A program made the translations under genes and the position numbers. From positions 6,763 through 70,762 of the forward strand of contig CALMUT010000027.1 in the NCBI GenBank assembly GCA_937872925.1: DNA of 64,000 bases, given 5' to 3'. A model generated the notes under the pieces. That model saw nothing but the letters and a program-made list of their open reading frames with translations. It was not told the origin of the DNA and searched no databases. This DNA is from an uncultured Myxococcales bacterium (GTDB lineage Bacteria > Myxococcota_A > Polyangia > Polyangiales > Polyangiaceae). Below are positions 18,807-27,479 of this stretch, piece after piece. How positions within the stretch are numbered: the first letter of the stretch is position 1; the number at the start of each line of letters is the position of its first letter.

Positions 18807-19763
18807 TCACTTGGGTGGAAGCAGCGCGCGTTTGCGTGGGCTGCGGCGCACGCTCTCTGGCAAGCCTTCCTGCACGCAGTCGACAATGGCCTCTCCGATC
18901 CGACGGCGCAGGTGCTCTCGGGCGTAGACGAAGCTGACCTGGCGGACGGGAGTGGGCGCTGAAAACGCGCGGACGCGGCTGCGCTGGCGCTTGTGCGGGA
19001 GTTGGTCCACGGACAGCGCGGGCAGCACCGTGATGCCGAAGCCGCGATCCACAAGCTGCACGAGGGTTTCGAAGCTTCCGCTTTCGAAGCGCACGGCATC
19101 GGAGCCCGTCGCCTGGCGATCGACGCGGCACAGCTGCATAACTTGGGTGCGGAAGCAGTGTCCCTCCGCCATGAGCCAGAGATGCTCGCCGACGAGGTCG
19201 GATTGCCGCAGCGTCTGCTTCTTCGCTAAGGCATGGCGCGGAGGCAGATACGCGAACAGCGGTTCGTCATACAGGGGCTCTTCGAAAATGCCGGCAACGC
19301 TCAGGGGAGTGGCTGCCAGGCCGCCGTCGAGGCTGTCATCGAGTAGCCGTTCGACCAAGGTGTCGGTTTGTGTTTCTTCCACCACGAGTTCCACGTCTGG
19401 GAAGTGTTGGCAGAAGCGCGGGAGCAACAGCGGCAGCAGAGTGGTTGCCAGCGTCGGGATCACGCCTAGGCGGTAGCGTCCGGCCACCTGACCGTCTGGT
19501 GTCAGCAGGTCACGGAAGCGATCGAGCTCGCGCAGCACGACTTGAGCTTGGCGCAGCAGCGCCTTCCCGCGCTCCGTGGGTACGACGGGTTGTTGCGAGC
19601 GGTCGAAGACAACCTGACCCAGGAGGTCTTCGGCCTTTTGCACTTGCATACTGAGCGCTGGTTGCGAAACGTGACACTGCTCGGCGGCGCCTCGAAAGGA
19701 GCGCTGGCTCTCGACCGCAACGAGGTAGCGGAGCTGGGTCAGGGTCAGGGCCGATAAGTCCAT
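18807..19763 (-). CDS. oxyR: LysR-family peroxide-sensing regulator OxyR
   Basis: N-terminal HTH (LTQLRYLVAVESQRSFRGAAEQCHVSQPALSMQVQKAEDLLG). The redox pair EGHCFRTQVMQLC has two Cys nine residues apart, as in E. coli OxyR C199/C208. Start at ATG 19763. Confidence 0.75.
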   Translation of the reverse strand: MDLSALTLTQLRYLVAVESQRSFRGAAEQCHVSQPALSMQVQKAEDLLGQVVFDRSQQPVVPTERGKALLRQAQVVLRELDRFRDLLTPDGQVAGRYRLGVIPTLATTLLPLLLPRFCQHFPDVELVVEETQTDTLVERLLDDSLDGGLAATPLSVAGIFEEPLYDEPLFAYLPPRHALAKKQTLRQSDLVGEHLWLMAEGHCFRTQVMQLCRVDRQATGSDAVRFESGSFETLVQLVDRGFGITVLPALSVDQLPHKRQRSRVRAFSAPTPVRQVSFVYAREHLRRRIGEAIVDCVQEGLPESVRRSPRKRALLPPK

Positions 19764-19773
19764 GTGATGTGCT

Positions 19774-19849
19774 GATTGGAAGAAGCGATTGGAAATCCAG
19801 CGGGACTCAGTGCACTTTAGTCGCATCTCTAGGAGTTGCCTCGATTGGA
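19774..19849. promoter_or_regulatory. three direct copies of GATTGGA in the oxyR/rubrerythrin divergent intergenic region
   Basis: GATTGGA at 19774-19780, 19787-19793 and 19843-19849. The first two are 13 nt apart start to start. Confidence 0.25.
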
Positions 19850-19869
19850 CCGTGGCGGCTCTGAGAAAA

Positions 19870-19886
19870 GAACAATAATATTCAAC
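19870..19886. promoter_or_regulatory. AT-rich near-palindrome, possible Fur-family (PerR-like) operator or -10 region
   Basis: GAACAATAATATTCAAC is conspicuously AT-rich for this window and sits ~130 nt upstream of the rubrerythrin start. Confidence 0.25.
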
Positions 19887-19981
19887 AGTTGCGCTCATTG
19901 CGACCCCGGGGAACATGGACCTGTGTCCGAGGGTTCCCCTCCCACGGACAAGTCCGTATCTTCGCGGCGCAAACCAGCCGT

Positions 19982-19998
19982 CGCCCCGCTTCGGGGCG
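19982..19998 (+). other. GC hairpin in the rubrerythrin leader
   Basis: CGCCCC(G CTT C)GGGGCG, a 6-7 bp G:C stem ending 20 nt before ATG 20019. The SD AGGAGA follows it. Confidence 0.3.
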
Positions 19999-20018
19999 GA
20001 CACCTTTCAGGAGACACG

Positions 20019-20438
20019 ATGCCCAAGCTCGACGGAACCAAGACCCACACGCACCTCAAAGAAGCTTTTGCCGGGGAGTCCCAGGCCAACCGACGCTATC
20101 TGTACTTCGCGAAGGTCGCCGACGTCGAAGGTTTGCCCGACGTGGCCGGCCTCTTCAAAGACACCGCTGACGGCGAGACCGGACACGCGCACGGCCATCT
20201 GGACTTCTTGAAGCAAGTCGGCGACCCGGCCACCGGCAAGAAGATCGGTGCCACCAAGGACAATCTCGCTGCCGCTGTTGCGGGCGAGACGCACGAATAC
20301 GAAACCATGTACCCCGGGTTTGCGAAGACGGCCCGCGAAGAAGGTTTTGACGAGATCGCGGAGTGGTTCGAGACCTTGGCCAAAGCCGAGAAGAGCCATG
20401 CCGGGCGTTTCCAAAAGGCTCTCGATACCCTCGACTGA
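20019..20438 (+). CDS. rubrerythrin-family diiron protein without rubredoxin domain
   Basis: HLKEAFAGESQANRRYLYFA, AVAGETHEYETMYPGF, KAEKSHAGRF (ExxH diiron ligand motifs). Start at ATG 20019 with SD GGAGA. 139 aa, no C-terminal CxxC pairs. Confidence 0.85.
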   Translation: MPKLDGTKTHTHLKEAFAGESQANRRYLYFAKVADVEGLPDVAGLFKDTADGETGHAHGHLDFLKQVGDPATGKKIGATKDNLAAAVAGETHEYETMYPGFAKTAREEGFDEIAEWFETLAKAEKSHAGRFQKALDTLD

Positions 20439-20455
20439 GCCGCACTTCCGGAACC

Positions 20456-20500
20456 GAAAGCCATCGGTCGTGCGTGCGTCCGATGGCTTTCTTCATTTTT
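20456..20500 (+). terminator. Rho-independent terminator after the rubrerythrin gene
   Basis: Perfect 12-bp stem GAAAGCCATCGG / CCGATGGCTTTC with a 12-nt loop, followed by TTCATTTTT. Confidence 0.75.
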
Positions 20501-20522
20501 CACGCAGAGAGGCCTTGCCGTC

Positions 20523-21890
20523 ATGAGTCACATTCCACGCGAGCCTGAGGCTCTGCCCGCCACCGACCCCAACGACGACCGCTATTGGGATGCTCGGGAC
20601 CTAGAAACCGAGCTGCGGCGCACCTATCAGATCTGCCACGAATGCCGCATGTGCGTGACCTACTGCGGTTCGTTTCCGATCCTATTCGACGCCATCGATG
20701 CGGACGTCGACGCGGGTCGTGCCGAGGGCGCCGAGCAGATCGGGCCCGACACGGTGCGCCAGGTCACGGACCACTGTTGGCAGTGCAAGCTTTGCTATAT
20801 CAAGTGCCCCTATACGAAGGACGAGGGCGCTCGCGAACTGCTCGATTTTCCTCGCTTGATGGCACGGGAGAAGGCACAGCGTGCGCGACGTGACGGCATC
20901 CCGTTGGTGGATCGCATCCTGGGGGAGCCGCGCCTGGTCGGGCTGTTGGGTTCTGGGATCAACGCCGCGCCTGCGAATTTCGTGAACGCGAATCGACTTG
21001 CGCGCAAAGTAACCGAGAAGGTGGCAGGCATCAGTGCGGAGTTTCCGTTGCCACCCATGGTGGCAAAGCCCTTCGCAAAGTGGTTCGCTGCCCATGCGCC
21101 GCTGCAAACCGCGGGTGATGCCGGCAGCGTGGTGCTGTTCGCCACGTGCTACGGCGAATACAACTTTCCGGAAGTCCCCCAAGCGGCGGTGCAGGTGCTC
21201 GAGCACAACGGCTACGAAGTCATCGCCCCCGAAGAAGTCGACTGTTGCGGCATGCCCAATTTGGACGGCGGCGACGTGGCTGCCGCCAAAGCGAAGATGC
21301 AGCGCAACGTCGACCGCTTGCTGCCCCTCGTGCGGCAGGGAATGAAGATCGTCACGCCGGGCCCCACCTGCGGCTACACCATCAAAGAGGAGTGGGCCGT
21401 CTACCTGGGCACCCCGGAGGCCAAAGAAGTGGCCGAAGCGACCCTGGATTTGATGGAGTTCCTGGACGGTCTGCGCCGGGATAAGGCTCTCAGTCGCGAG
21501 TTCAGCAGCGGGCTCGGCAAGGTGGCGTACCACGCCGCTTGCCATTTGCGCGCGCAGAAGATCGCGCTGCCTGGCGCGCGGCTCCTGGGCCTCTTGCCGG
21601 ACACTGAGGTGCGCAGCGTGGAGCGCTGCTCAGCCGTCGACGGTACTTGGGGCATGAAGGCTGAGTACTACGACGAAGGCGTGCACTACGCGCGGCGCAT
21701 GGCCCGCGCTTTGGCGCCGGAAGACGATCCGCCCGACGTCATCGTTACCGATTGCAGCTTGGCAGGGCAGCGCATCCTGAAGGAAAACCGCATGCAAGCC
21801 TTGCATCCGATCGTGGCGCTTGCCGGTGCCTACGGACTCATGGAGTCCGGCGCTCCGGCTCGGGCGAAACCGGAAGCGGAGGAAGCATGA
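20523..21890 (+). CDS. (Fe-S)-binding oxidoreductase, HdrD/GlpC-like (two 4Fe-4S motifs + CCG domains)
   Basis: CHECRMCVTYCGSFP and CWQCKLCYIKCPY ferredoxin-type motifs. Cysteine-rich CCG-type segments (EVDCCGMP, ACHLRAQ). Confidence 0.8.
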   Translation: MSHIPREPEALPATDPNDDRYWDARDLETELRRTYQICHECRMCVTYCGSFPILFDAIDADVDAGRAEGAEQIGPDTVRQVTDHCWQCKLCYIKCPYTKDEGARELLDFPRLMAREKAQRARRDGIPLVDRILGEPRLVGLLGSGINAAPANFVNANRLARKVTEKVAGISAEFPLPPMVAKPFAKWFAAHAPLQTAGDAGSVVLFATCYGEYNFPEVPQAAVQVLEHNGYEVIAPEEVDCCGMPNLDGGDVAAAKAKMQRNVDRLLPLVRQGMKIVTPGPTCGYTIKEEWAVYLGTPEAKEVAEATLDLMEFLDGLRRDKALSREFSSGLGKVAYHAACHLRAQKIALPGARLLGLLPDTEVRSVERCSAVDGTWGMKAEYYDEGVHYARRMARALAPEDDPPDVIVTDCSLAGQRILKENRMQALHPIVALAGAYGLMESGAPARAKPEAEEA

Positions 21891-22465
21891 AACCCGTCGA
21901 ACGCAATGAAGTGCTCGCTTTGGGCGCCTACGAAGAGATCCGCGATCGCTTCCGTGGGCGCATCATTGAGGAAAAGAAACGCCGACGCGTCGCCCTGGGT
22001 TCCAACATGACGGGTGTGTTCGAAAACCACGACACGGCGCTGTACCAGATCCAGGAAATGCTGCGCACCGAACGCATCAGCAGCGAGGCCGCTGTCGCCC
22101 ATGAAATCGAGACCTACAATGCGCTCGTTCCGAAGGCTCATTGCCTATCCTTCACCCTGATGGTGGAGTACCCGGAGCGGGAGGAGCGTGAGCGCATGCT
22201 GAGCGCCTTAGCTGGGCTCGAAGACGCGGTGTTCTTGCGCGTGGGTCAGCAGCGCGTTGCCGCAACCTCGGACGAGCGTTCGGACGACAAGACGCGAACG
22301 ACCGCGGTGCACTACTTGCGCTTCCATTTGGGCCCGCAACTCACCCAAGCGCTCCTGGACGGCGAGCCGGCCGCGCTCCTGGTGGAGCATGCCGCCTATT
22401 CGGCCGAAACGCCTTTGAGCGCGGCGACGCTGCAGAGTCTGCGCGCGGATTTGAGCGAGGACTGA
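21887..22465 (+). CDS. DUF3501 family protein
   Basis: The start ATG overlaps the upstream stop (ATGA). YEEIRDRFRGRIIEEKKRRRVALG...FENHDTALYQIQEMLRTERI...YNALVP matches my recollection of DUF3501. Confidence 0.65.
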   Translation: MKPVERNEVLALGAYEEIRDRFRGRIIEEKKRRRVALGSNMTGVFENHDTALYQIQEMLRTERISSEAAVAHEIETYNALVPKAHCLSFTLMVEYPEREERERMLSALAGLEDAVFLRVGQQRVAATSDERSDDKTRTTAVHYLRFHLGPQLTQALLDGEPAALLVEHAAYSAETPLSAATLQSLRADLSED

Positions 22466-22506
22466 GCCGGCGGTCCGTCCGAAACCCTTGTTGCCTTTTT
22501 GACGCG

Positions 22507-22968
22507 CTATCTGAGGCGAGAGGAGGGGGGCGGCGGTGGGCTATTGCCGGTCGCCAGACGAATGAACAACCGGATGAAATCGGCTTCCGTCAGGATCCCG
22601 AGCAAGGTGCCGTCTTCCTCGGTGACCGGAAGACAGCCGAGCTTGGCTTCCCACATCAGGCTCGCCGCACCGACGAGGGTCTCCGTGGGCCGAATGGTGA
22701 TCATCTCCCGCTGCATGATGGCGCTGGCGGGTTGTTTGTGAATGACCTCGTCGCGCTTGTCGGCGGCATTCGAGAGGAAGCTGGATGAGGCGTGCAGCAG
22801 ATCTCGGTGGCTCACGACGCCGATCAACTTGCCATCTTCAACCACAGGCAAGTGGCGAAAGCGGAAACGAATCATTCCGTCTTCGAGCTTGCCAAGGGTG
22901 TCGTCTTTGCTGATGGTGACCAGCTTGCGCGTCATCACTTCGGCAACAGTTTTGGGCAGTTCCGGCAT
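22507..22968 (-). CDS. CBS domain pair protein
   Basis: Two CBS units (VMTRKLVTISKDDTL...HLPVVEDGKLIGVVSHRDLL; IMQREMITIRPTETL...CLPVTEEDGTLLGILTEADF). Confidence 0.85.
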   Translation of the reverse strand: MPELPKTVAEVMTRKLVTISKDDTLGKLEDGMIRFRFRHLPVVEDGKLIGVVSHRDLLHASSSFLSNAADKRDEVIHKQPASAIMQREMITIRPTETLVGAASLMWEAKLGCLPVTEEDGTLLGILTEADFIRLFIRLATGNSPPPPPSSRLR

Positions 22969-22980
22969 GCCCCCGTCATA

Positions 22981-23256
22981 CTAGTGGTCGGGGGCCTGTG
23001 CAATCGCCAGGCCGAGGCGTTCCATCCAGACCCTAGGCGTGCAGTCGCGGCGGAGCTTGCCGTCACGCCTGGGCTCTGCACGCCGCACAGGGCGTGCGTC
23101 GCGTCCGCGCTCGATCCAGCCGCTGGCGAGGCGCGCCTCTTGATGCGCCTGGCGCCTGCCCCAGTCCAGCTCGGGATCTGCGGGTCGGATCGAGTCCGAC
23201 GCACTGGCCGTGGAGCGAACGCGACGTCCTTTGCCCGGTTTGGCCAGTGCAGCCAT
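22981..23256 (-). CDS. possible small basic protein (91 aa) upstream of the CBS gene
   Basis: The ORF ends 12 nt before the CBS start. Third-codon positions are mostly G/C by eye. No family recognised, so it may be a GC-shadow ORF. Confidence 0.3.
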   Translation of the reverse strand: MAALAKPGKGRRVRSTASASDSIRPADPELDWGRRQAHQEARLASGWIERGRDARPVRRAEPRRDGKLRRDCTPRVWMERLGLAIAQAPDH

Positions 23257-23351
23257 GGGACGTGGCCCGCGCGACCGGGGTCATGCATGTCGGATGCGGG
23301 CACACAAAAATGGTGCGAAACGTTGTTCGCGTTGGTCTCGAGTCCGCCGAC

Positions 23352-24161
23352 ATGCTCGGCAAGGCTACTGCGAAGCGGGGCACGCGGTCGCCTCCCCAGG
23401 CCGAAAAGGTGCCGGCTTGGCAGTGCTTGCGCTATCTATTTGGGCGTATGGGCTTCGATCGGGTCGTACCTTCCGAAGGGCGCCGTCGGCGGATCAGCTT
23501 GATCGGCAAGGAGGCGCTCGCGTTTGCACGTCAAGCCGCGCTGATGGCGCGCAACGTGAACGGCCAGACTCCATCGCAGGTGCTCGAGAGTGACGATGTC
23601 GTTGTGTTGTTGCACGGCCTCTTTGCGACTGCGGGAGTACTTCGACCGCTTTCTGAACGCATCCAGCTCGAGGCGTCCGCACACACGGCGACCTTTTCGT
23701 ACGCACCCGGTCCCGGCGTGCATGCCATCGCGCGTCGCCTCAGTCATCTGCTGGCGGAATTGCCGAGCGGAGCGCGCCTACATCTGGTGGGGCACAGTCT
23801 TGGCGGCGTAGTGGCCCGCTGGTTCGTGCAGGAGCTCGGGGGGGATCCGCGGATCGTGCAGACGATTTCCCTGGGTAGCCCCTTCAATGGCACGCGCAGC
23901 GCGCGCTTCATGCCCACCACCGCAGGGCGAGATATTTCCCTGGACTCGAAGGTGCTGCGTCGCTTGCGGGAACGACCCAATCACGGCGTGCCCCATGTCT
24001 CCGTGGCAGCCTCGGACGACACCGTCGTGAGCGAACCCGCGGTCTTCTGCCAGGGCGAGCGCGTGCTGGTCGAAGGCTGCGGCCACAACGGTCTACTCTT
24101 CGATCAGCGCGTAGCACATTTGGTCGTATCGCGGATCGTGGCGAGTCGCGGCTGGGCCTGA
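23352..24161 (+). CDS. alpha/beta hydrolase (lipase/esterase, PGAP1-like)
   Basis: VVLLHGLFATAG, nucleophile elbow LVGHSLGG, ISLGSPFNGT. The start is uncertain: ATG at 23352 or 23448, while the track ORF starts at 23094. Confidence 0.7.
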   Translation: MLGKATAKRGTRSPPQAEKVPAWQCLRYLFGRMGFDRVVPSEGRRRRISLIGKEALAFARQAALMARNVNGQTPSQVLESDDVVVLLHGLFATAGVLRPLSERIQLEASAHTATFSYAPGPGVHAIARRLSHLLAELPSGARLHLVGHSLGGVVARWFVQELGGDPRIVQTISLGSPFNGTRSARFMPTTAGRDISLDSKVLRRLRERPNHGVPHVSVAASDDTVVSEPAVFCQGERVLVEGCGHNGLLFDQRVAHLVVSRIVASRGWA

Positions 24162-24227
24162 GACAAAGCCAGGCGTCGCGCGCACATTCTGTTTATCTTT
24201 TGGGCGGGGCCGTGGTAGCTCGGGCAC

Positions 24228-24785
24228 GTGCGACAGCGTCTGCCCCGGCTCGCCCTGCTTCCCGTTTGCGCGGCGGCGTTGCTCTGGCCCACGGTGGCAA
24301 GCGCGGATGTTTCCAGTTGGCTCTATTTGGGCGGGGGCCCCGGCCTGGTCGAGGCCCCCGACAAGACCCGCGAGTGGGTTCCCTCCCTGCAGATCGACAC
24401 GGGAATGGGCACCCCGCCCTCGGGCTTGGTCATGGTGGGCGGGGGCTTCCGGATGCACACTTTCTTCGGTGAGGGCTCGGACTTGGGCCTGGTGGCGCGT
24501 ACCGCCACTCGGGGATACGTCAACGGTGGGTTCGGGGCGGCGGTCGATCTTGGCGGCTATCAACGTTGGTGGGGGCCTGGATCCACGGGCTTGATGGCGT
24601 CTGTGAACCTAGGAGCGCCCTGGGGCATCACCCTCAGCGGCACTGGCGGCCGGGGCAGCAACGAAGGGCAGCATTTTGCGGTCACTTTGGGCATCGACCT
24701 GGCCCGGCTGACCGTCTATCGGCGCACCGGCGACAGCTGGTGGAAGAACACTTTTCCCGCGTATCGTCCCGAAGAAGAGCGCTGA
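24228..24785 (+). CDS. secreted Gly-rich hypothetical protein
   Basis: Signal peptide MRQRLPRLALLPVCAAALLWPTVASA. The alternating Gly/aromatic composition suggests beta structure. Confidence 0.55.
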   Translation: MRQRLPRLALLPVCAAALLWPTVASADVSSWLYLGGGPGLVEAPDKTREWVPSLQIDTGMGTPPSGLVMVGGGFRMHTFFGEGSDLGLVARTATRGYVNGGFGAAVDLGGYQRWWGPGSTGLMASVNLGAPWGITLSGTGGRGSNEGQHFAVTLGIDLARLTVYRRTGDSWWKNTFPAYRPEEER

Positions 24786-24913
24786 GGCCGCGGCGCTGCC
24801 CCTGGGCCCGGGCGCACGTCGCAAGGTTTGCCCGTGGTCCGGAGCAAGTTTAGGCCGACAAATGCCCCGTCGGGCTTCGACGCCGCTGGATATTGGTTTA
24901 GTATGGAGGGGTC

Positions 24914-26416
24914 ATGGGAAGTTCTCCGGTCCAGCCTGGCAGCCTGTTGGCGGGCAAGTACGAGGTCAGCCAGATCCTAGGCGAAGGGGGCATGGGCGTG
25001 GTCGTAGAGGCGCGCCATGTTGATCTCGATCAACGCGTCGCGGTGAAATTCCTGCTGCCGGAAGTGGCGGAGCATCAGGACGCGGCTGAGCGCTTTCGTC
25101 GCGAGGCCCGAGCGGCGGTCAAGATCACGAGCGAGCACGTGGCGCGGGTGATCGACGTCGGCAGTATGGACGATGGGATCCCCTACATGGTCATGGAGTA
25201 CCTGCAGGGTCAGGATCTGTCCGACGAGCTGCGCAGCACGGGGCCGCTGCCAGTGGAGGAGGCCGTGGGCTACGTGCTGCAGGCTTGCGAGGCGGTCGCG
25301 GAGGCGCACTCTGCCGGCATCATCCATCGCGATCTCAAGCCCGCCAATTTGTTTTTGCATCGGAAGGCGGACGGCACCCGCATTGTCAAAGTGTTGGACT
25401 TCGGCATTTCCAAATCCATCCCTGGCGGCTCGTTGGATGACTTGGCGCTTACCAGCACCGCTGCTCTGATCGGCTCTCCACTTTATATGTCGCCGGAACA
25501 GATGCACTCGGCAAAGAGCGTCGACGTGCGTACGGACATTTGGGCACTGGGCGCGATCCTGTACCAGCTGTTGGCGGGGCGGCCGCCCTATGTGGCGGAG
25601 TCGTTGCCGCAGCTCTGCTCCGCCCTGCTCAACGACGTGCCGCCGTCGCTGACTTCGCTGCGCGCCGAGGTGCCCGTTGGCCTCGAAAACGTGGTGTTTC
25701 ATGCCCTCGCCAAGGACAAGAACGAGCGCTACCCCAGCGTGGCGGAGTTCGCCATGTCGCTCCTTGAGTTTGCGCCCGGCATGCAAGTGCATGTGGAGCG
25801 GGCCTCGCGCATGCTTTCCGGGACCGACGTCAAATTCACGCCAAGAACGAAGGCTGTCGTTGCGCCACCGCCGAGCGCCGCGGTCACCACGGCGGATGGG
25901 CCGAACAACTCCGAAGCTGCGACCTTGGCGGAGGCGGCTTTTCGGGAAACGATTGCCAGCCAGCACCCCGTGAGCGACGACGCACCCGGAGCGAATACCC
26001 TGGCCTCTTGGGGCAAAACCGGTGACCGTGATCGCGACTCCGCGTCCCCACCGCGGCGGGCTCGGTTTATCGGTGCCGGCGTCGCGGGAGTGCTCGTGGC
26101 CGGCGCGTTGGTCGCATTCGGTGTGTCGCGCACGACGGCGGTGGCCCAAGCGCCGGCCGCCGGGGCCGAGCTTGCGGCCGCATCGGCGCCGGAGCCCGAG
26201 CCGGAGCCGCCCGAGGTCACACCGACCCCAACTGCCGCGCCGGAAATAGCAGCGGCTGAAGACGCGGGCGCCAGTGAAAAGCCTTCCCAAGACGAGCCGG
26301 CGGCGGTGGTCGAAAAGCCGACCCCGCCGACGCGAGCCGCGCCGCGTCCTCCCGCCCGTCCGACAACCAAGCCGACGCCTGCTGCACTGCCGACGCAATT
26401 CGGCGGCCGTCGCTGA
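24914..26416 (+). CDS. Hanks-type Ser/Thr protein kinase with TM segment and Pro/Ala-rich tail
   Basis: GEGGMGVV, VAVKFL, HRDLKPANLF, DFGISK, SPEQ. TM at FIGAGVAGVLVAGALVAFGV. Confidence 0.9.
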   Translation: MGSSPVQPGSLLAGKYEVSQILGEGGMGVVVEARHVDLDQRVAVKFLLPEVAEHQDAAERFRREARAAVKITSEHVARVIDVGSMDDGIPYMVMEYLQGQDLSDELRSTGPLPVEEAVGYVLQACEAVAEAHSAGIIHRDLKPANLFLHRKADGTRIVKVLDFGISKSIPGGSLDDLALTSTAALIGSPLYMSPEQMHSAKSVDVRTDIWALGAILYQLLAGRPPYVAESLPQLCSALLNDVPPSLTSLRAEVPVGLENVVFHALAKDKNERYPSVAEFAMSLLEFAPGMQVHVERASRMLSGTDVKFTPRTKAVVAPPPSAAVTTADGPNNSEAATLAEAAFRETIASQHPVSDDAPGANTLASWGKTGDRDRDSASPPRRARFIGAGVAGVLVAGALVAFGVSRTTAVAQAPAAGAELAAASAPEPEPEPPEVTPTPTAAPEIAAAEDAGASEKPSQDEPAAVVEKPTPPTRAAPRPPARPTTKPTPAALPTQFGGRR

Positions 26417-26426
26417 AGAGGGGATC

Positions 26427-27479
26427 ATGGTCAGTCGCAGGAACCGATGGATCGGCGCTAGTTGTGCGTCTGTGGTGATCTTGCTGGGCACGACGGGGGC
26501 ATCTGCGCAGCCGTCCGCGAGCGACAAGGCCGCCGCCGAAGCCCTCTTCGACGACGCCCAACGATTGATACAGGCCGGCAAGATCAAGGAGGCGTGCGTC
26601 AAGTATGAGCAGAGCCAGCGCATCGATCCGGCGATCGGCACGGTGCTCTACCTGGCGGATTGCTACGAGCGTTCTGGTCGCCTCGCCAGTGCATGGGCAA
26701 CCTTTCGCGAGGGCGCGAGCATGGCGCGTTCCGCCGGGCAGTCGGACCGCGCCGCCGCGGGAGACAAGCGGGCAAGCGCCCTCGAGCCGCGCCTGGGCAA
26801 ACTGGTGCTGCAAGTCGACGCCGCCACCCGCGGGCTAGAAGGCCTGTCCATCGAACATGGTGGCAAGCAGGTCAATCCGGCGCTCTACGGTGTGTCCTCT
26901 CCGGTGGACGCGGGGACGCACCAGGTGCACGTGACCGCGCCAGGTCACGAGTCCTGGTCCGGGGTCGTCGAAGTCAAAGATGGGTCGGAGTCGCGGCTCG
27001 CCATCCCGGCGCTCAGGAAAGTTGCAGAACCGGTCGCGGTGGACCCCACGCCCGCTCCCGCGGCCGTGCCCGCAGCGAATACGACGCCCACACCTGCGCC
27101 CACGCCTGCTCAGCCGCTTCCGAGCGGGGACAGCGGAACGGGCGATGGCCAGCGCATGGCAGGCGTGGTGCTCGGCGGCGTCGGTGTGGTCGGCGTTGCG
27201 ATTGGCAGCGTGTTTGGCATCACGGCGATCAACAAGAACAGCGACGCCGAGAAGCTGTGCCCACGGGGAGACGTTTGTGACGACCCCGAGGGTGTTACCC
27301 TCACGGACGACGCAAAGAGCGCCGCTCTCGTAAGCAACATCGCTTTCGGAGTCGGGGGCGCCGCGCTGGTCGCGGGCGCCGTGCTGTATCTGACTGCGCC
27401 GACGGAGCAGGCTGCATTGCGCGTCGTGCCGTCAGTCGGCAAAGGCTCCGGTTTCATCCAGCTCGGGGGGCGATTCTGA
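26427..27479 (+). CDS. secreted TPR-like / PEGA-like protein with C-terminal TM anchor
   Basis: Start at ATG 26427 (MVSRRNRWIGASCASVVILLGTTGASAQ). Helical repeat N-terminus, PEGA-like GTHQVHVTAPGHESWSGVVEVKDG, C-terminal hydrophobic segment. Confidence 0.65.
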   Translation: MVSRRNRWIGASCASVVILLGTTGASAQPSASDKAAAEALFDDAQRLIQAGKIKEACVKYEQSQRIDPAIGTVLYLADCYERSGRLASAWATFREGASMARSAGQSDRAAAGDKRASALEPRLGKLVLQVDAATRGLEGLSIEHGGKQVNPALYGVSSPVDAGTHQVHVTAPGHESWSGVVEVKDGSESRLAIPALRKVAEPVAVDPTPAPAAVPAANTTPTPAPTPAQPLPSGDSGTGDGQRMAGVVLGGVGVVGVAIGSVFGITAINKNSDAEKLCPRGDVCDDPEGVTLTDDAKSAALVSNIAFGVGGAALVAGAVLYLTAPTEQAALRVVPSVGKGSGFIQLGGRF

